A DNA stretch of 64,000 nucleotides. Origin: Octopus bimaculoides. Its lineage: Eukaryota. The translations under genes were made by a program, and so were the position numbers. The stretch spans positions 64,177,023 to 64,241,022 of the forward strand of contig NC_068990.1 of the NCBI RefSeq assembly GCF_001194135.2, in the 5' to 3' direction. Every line of letters begins with the position of its first letter. Position 1 is the first letter of the stretch. Positions 63,077-64,000 of this stretch are shown here, one piece after another. A model generated the notes under the pieces. That model saw only the letters and a program-made list of their open reading frames with translations, did no database searches and was not told the origin of the DNA.

Positions 63077-63632
63077 TGCCCGGATGCAGTACCAGACAGT
63101 AGCTTTCATGGCTTCTGGTCTTAATTGATTGGAAGTGTGATCATGTACATGGTTTTGTCTTGGTATAAGAGATGGACTACAGCAAAATATTCTGCTTAAT
63201 ACCACAGATTTGCCTCTCAGTTGTTTGACCTTAACCAGTTCAGCATGTCCCTTGGTGGCTGATGATATGTGCATCTCTGATCATGAGCAGAAGTAGTGGG
63301 GGAGCATCATAGTCATGTGTTGAGAGGAATTCTTTGGGGTTTGAATAATTCACCTTTGGAAACATGGGTGTTTTGCTCAACATCCTTAAACAAACCTTAT
63401 TCAGGGACCTTTTGAGTGGGATGGGCTACTCGACCTGAAGAAAATTCTAACTGGGCCCCACCTGCAAAGTCATGCGCTTTTTATCTTGATATGAGATCAC
63501 CATGTCGCGCACATATGGTTGTGATGCATGTGCCTGGTGTACCCTTATCAGACGGGTAGTCATGATGGGTATACTGGGCTTCGTATATTTTACCCCAGTG
63601 TCACTTTGATAGCATGCACTGCTCTCTCACTC
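63077..63632 (+). mobile_element. ~555-bp non-coding interspersed element flanked by (AAT)n on both sides
   Basis: Complex sequence bracketed by (AAT)n at 63047-63076 and 63633-63665; no ORF; family and orientation inferred. Confidence 0.5.
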
Positions 63633-63633
63633 A

Positions 63634-63665
<32 letters not shown>

Positions 63666-63945
63666 TTCTTTTATTAGCCACCAGGGCGAAGTATGAGGTG
63701 GACCATACAAAAACAGATATAAAGTGTGGGAATTTAATTATAATGAAATAAAAACAAAAGAAAAATTGAAAGTATACACAGTAAACAATAAAACAAAGAA
63801 GGAAATTACACATAGTATACAACAGTAAAAAAAAAAAGATGATAGTGATGTGGTCCTCCTGATACAGGAGATCCTCTAGAGATAATCCAAAATCTCCCTG
63901 AACACCAAGGAAAAGTGCCCTCTCCAATTCCTATACTCCAACTCG

Positions 63946-64000
63946 TCTGTCAAACGATTCCTGCAACCACATCACCTCTAACATCTGGCCACCTAACTCC
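63946..64000 (+). mobile_element. DD37D transposase fragment at window edge
   Basis: Encodes ...NHITSNIWPPNS, matching 11040-11090. Confidence 0.6.

Noticed and set aside
1827-63265. Other CTGATGA hits (1827, 7387, 32984, 63259)
   Set aside because: No paired stem II followed by GAAA and NUH; two lie in dynein or transposase coding sequence
63631-63927. 98-aa minus-strand ORF
   Set aside because: Mostly low-complexity F/Y from an A-rich tract; may be a LINE 3' remnant but cannot be supported

Overview
AT-rich, microsatellite-dense eukaryotic genomic DNA with three N gaps. The SINE/RTE repertoire looks like Octopus (recognised from memory, not searched). The only host gene is the 3' end of an axonemal outer-arm dynein heavy chain (DNAH5/DNAH8 type) on the + strand. 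It has 7 exons (1766-1916, 15731-15842, 38852-39008, 44021-44233, 46307-46435, 49686-49812, 55139-55422) that splice in frame through GT-AG introns of 2-23 kb into 390 aa ending RGVALLCDIK*. Introns and 3' flank hold decayed mobile DNA: mariner and DD37D (maT) transposons, hAT/piggyBac/Tc1 MITEs, a non-autonomous Helitron, RTE, CR1 and R4/Dong LINE remnants, and three tRNA-headed SINE families. Two signals stand out. (1) Several different minimal type-I hammerhead-ribozyme motifs sit in short, often (TA)n-flanked modules. One (60681-60730, minus strand) has an intact core; others are mutated or folded back. (2) There are repeated local (0.2-2 kb range) duplications and inversions, often abutting microsatellites: a perfect 206-bp inverted repeat, a 178-bp near-identical direct repeat bracketing an exon, and a tandem duplication that created a decoy copy of a dynein splice acceptor. 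Repeat boundaries without a stated TSD/TIR are approximate.
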